From NCBI RefSeq assembly GCF_004010195.1, contig NC_057719.1:55434785-55498784 (forward strand): a DNA stretch of 64,000 nucleotides, written 5' to 3'. Shown here in pieces: positions 62,261-64,000 of this stretch. Under the pieces are notes generated by a model. That model was not told where the DNA came from, searched no databases, and saw only the letters and a list, made by a program, of their open reading frames with translations. A program made the translations under genes and the position numbers. This stretch comes from Chiloscyllium plagiosum (Eukaryota). Numbering within the stretch: position 1 is the first letter of the stretch; the number at the start of each line of letters is the position of its first letter.

Positions 62261-64000
62261 GGTACCAAGAGAATTGAATGTCTTCTGAATGTGCAATCTA
62301 AGATATATCTGAGTGGGTTTTCAGCTGCACTAAAATAAACAGGGAATCTTCCATGTTATTGTTTGAAGTACAAATTGCCATCAAAAGTATTGCGTGCTCA
62401 TTGGTGTCTTTCGTCTTTTGTTGCCATAAAAGTCTTCACTCATGAAATATTATCATATCATCTTTCAGCTACTAACTGGAAATTCATTTTTTTAAAACTA
62501 TGTTTAATCTCAAAACATAATTGGACTTCTTGTGGGATTTTGAATCTACAAGTTTATACAAATAGACAGAGTTTCACCAGAGTTCAAATGAACAAGCTTT
62601 TCAAAGTTTGACTTCCTGGATTTAATTATAATAGTTGTATCTATTGACTAAATATTCCTTGAAAGGGTGGGTTTGACATAGAATCCTTGCAGTGCAGATA
62701 GAGGCCATTCAGCCCGTCAAGTCTTCTCTAACCGCTTCCCCTTCCAAGAAGTGTATCCAACCCAGACCTAGTTAGTTATGAATTTTTCCTCCAACATGTA
62801 GGAAGCAGCAATCTATTGTCTGCAAACCTGCAGGAAAGCAAGTGCAAACTACAGTAACCTGAAAGCTATTGATTGGAACATTGACATAACTTCAATTAAA
62901 TTCTTAACACAGCAAAGGGGAACTGTTATCCTGTGTTTAATCAGGAGAAACACAAATTGTTTCATTAGCTAGCTGAAATTTTTATGACATGTGTGGATGT
63001 TAAAGAACCTGAAAAAGAATGGTAACCAAAGTCTGAATGAAAAAGTCAATACCCGGATGATAATGCAAGAACGAATATTAAAAAAAAACTAATGAAATAC
63101 TGAATGCAGCATGTCAAAACCTCAGAGAATTCCTCCTGGGTCTACAGCTTACACCTGCCAGTATTAAACAATCAGCAGACTGTCAGAAGTCAGAAATGTT
63201 CATCCTAACAAGGTTAGTCAAACCACACCAAGGTTGTCTACCCATCCAGTCCCTGTCCAACTTGGCCTGTACAATTCACCTTCCATTGTCACCAACAATA
63301 AGCTGTGTCCTTACATTTCTCAGTCATCATCCCTTCTCAATTTTCACTTCTTCACTTCAGCTAAAAGCCCATGAGTCACTGGAACAATTTTCCTATGGAA
63401 AAACAAACAACAATTCTTTGTGCCCTGTTTTATCTGATTCTAATAGACTTTGTCTAATGGAGATCAGTTCTGAAGTTGGGTTGATTATCAACAACAACAT
63501 CAAGAGATACACATTGGCAATTAAGAGTGAGAGAAGTTTGGCATTTCAGTCTACAGCAATTGTGAACATAGATCAATTCCATGTAGTAGAAAGTACTAAC
63601 TAACAACTGAAAACTCAGAGACTCTAGTTCAATTGAAAACATTGATTATGTTATATTTTAAATATATCCACAGCACTAACAATGTTGTTCAGTCACCTTT
63701 TGAACCAAAAATAATGTTGGATCAAAAATACATATGTTGTAAACAGAAAAAATATTGGTGAATGATTCAAATATATTCAGGAGAGGAAATGTTTTGTGTT
63801 CTAATTATTGAAGAGGCTTATAATTTATGATACTTTTTTTTAGTGAATAAATGTAACTCCTCAAACCCTCTATCATTGTGGCATTTCAAGCATTAATAAG
63901 CAAACAATAAGTTTCTACTTTACTTATTTAGACTGTTCTGTAAAATCTGCCTAAGGATTGAAATACATCATTACTACATTTCTAAAAGTTACTGAAAATG

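Noticed and set aside
1-64000. CRISPR array, rRNA, or prokaryotic operon/defence system
   Set aside because: No regularly spaced repeat-spacer array, rRNA motifs or dense long ORFs; the sequence is vertebrate repeat-rich DNA

Overview
Repeat-dense vertebrate genomic DNA. The repeat families point to an elasmobranch, probably a shark (inference). I could not establish any intact protein-coding gene; nearly all ORF-track hits are transposon fragments or their antisense frames. The window holds at least three CR1 LINE families, including a near-complete copy with an SGNH-esterase ORF1. It also has HE1/V-SINE-like, Deu-domain-like and other tRNA-derived SINEs, two very old Ty3/Gypsy fossils (one with both LTRs and a 5-bp TSD), a decayed Harbinger-like element with a Myb/SANT gene, and a Tigger-like MITE. 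About 16 Penelope-like (GIY-YIG) insertions are present, from three well-defined families plus older remnants. The main observations are: (1) the Penelope terminal repeats carry minimal hammerhead ribozymes whose stems covary across the three families; (2) many short Penelope insertions are fold-backs with 11-17 bp TSDs, and in two independent families the fold-back apex sits at the predicted ribozyme cleavage site; (3) an intronless, stop-containing NEK3 kinase fragment lies at 2787-2957. All calls were made by eye, and boundaries of old repeats are approximate.
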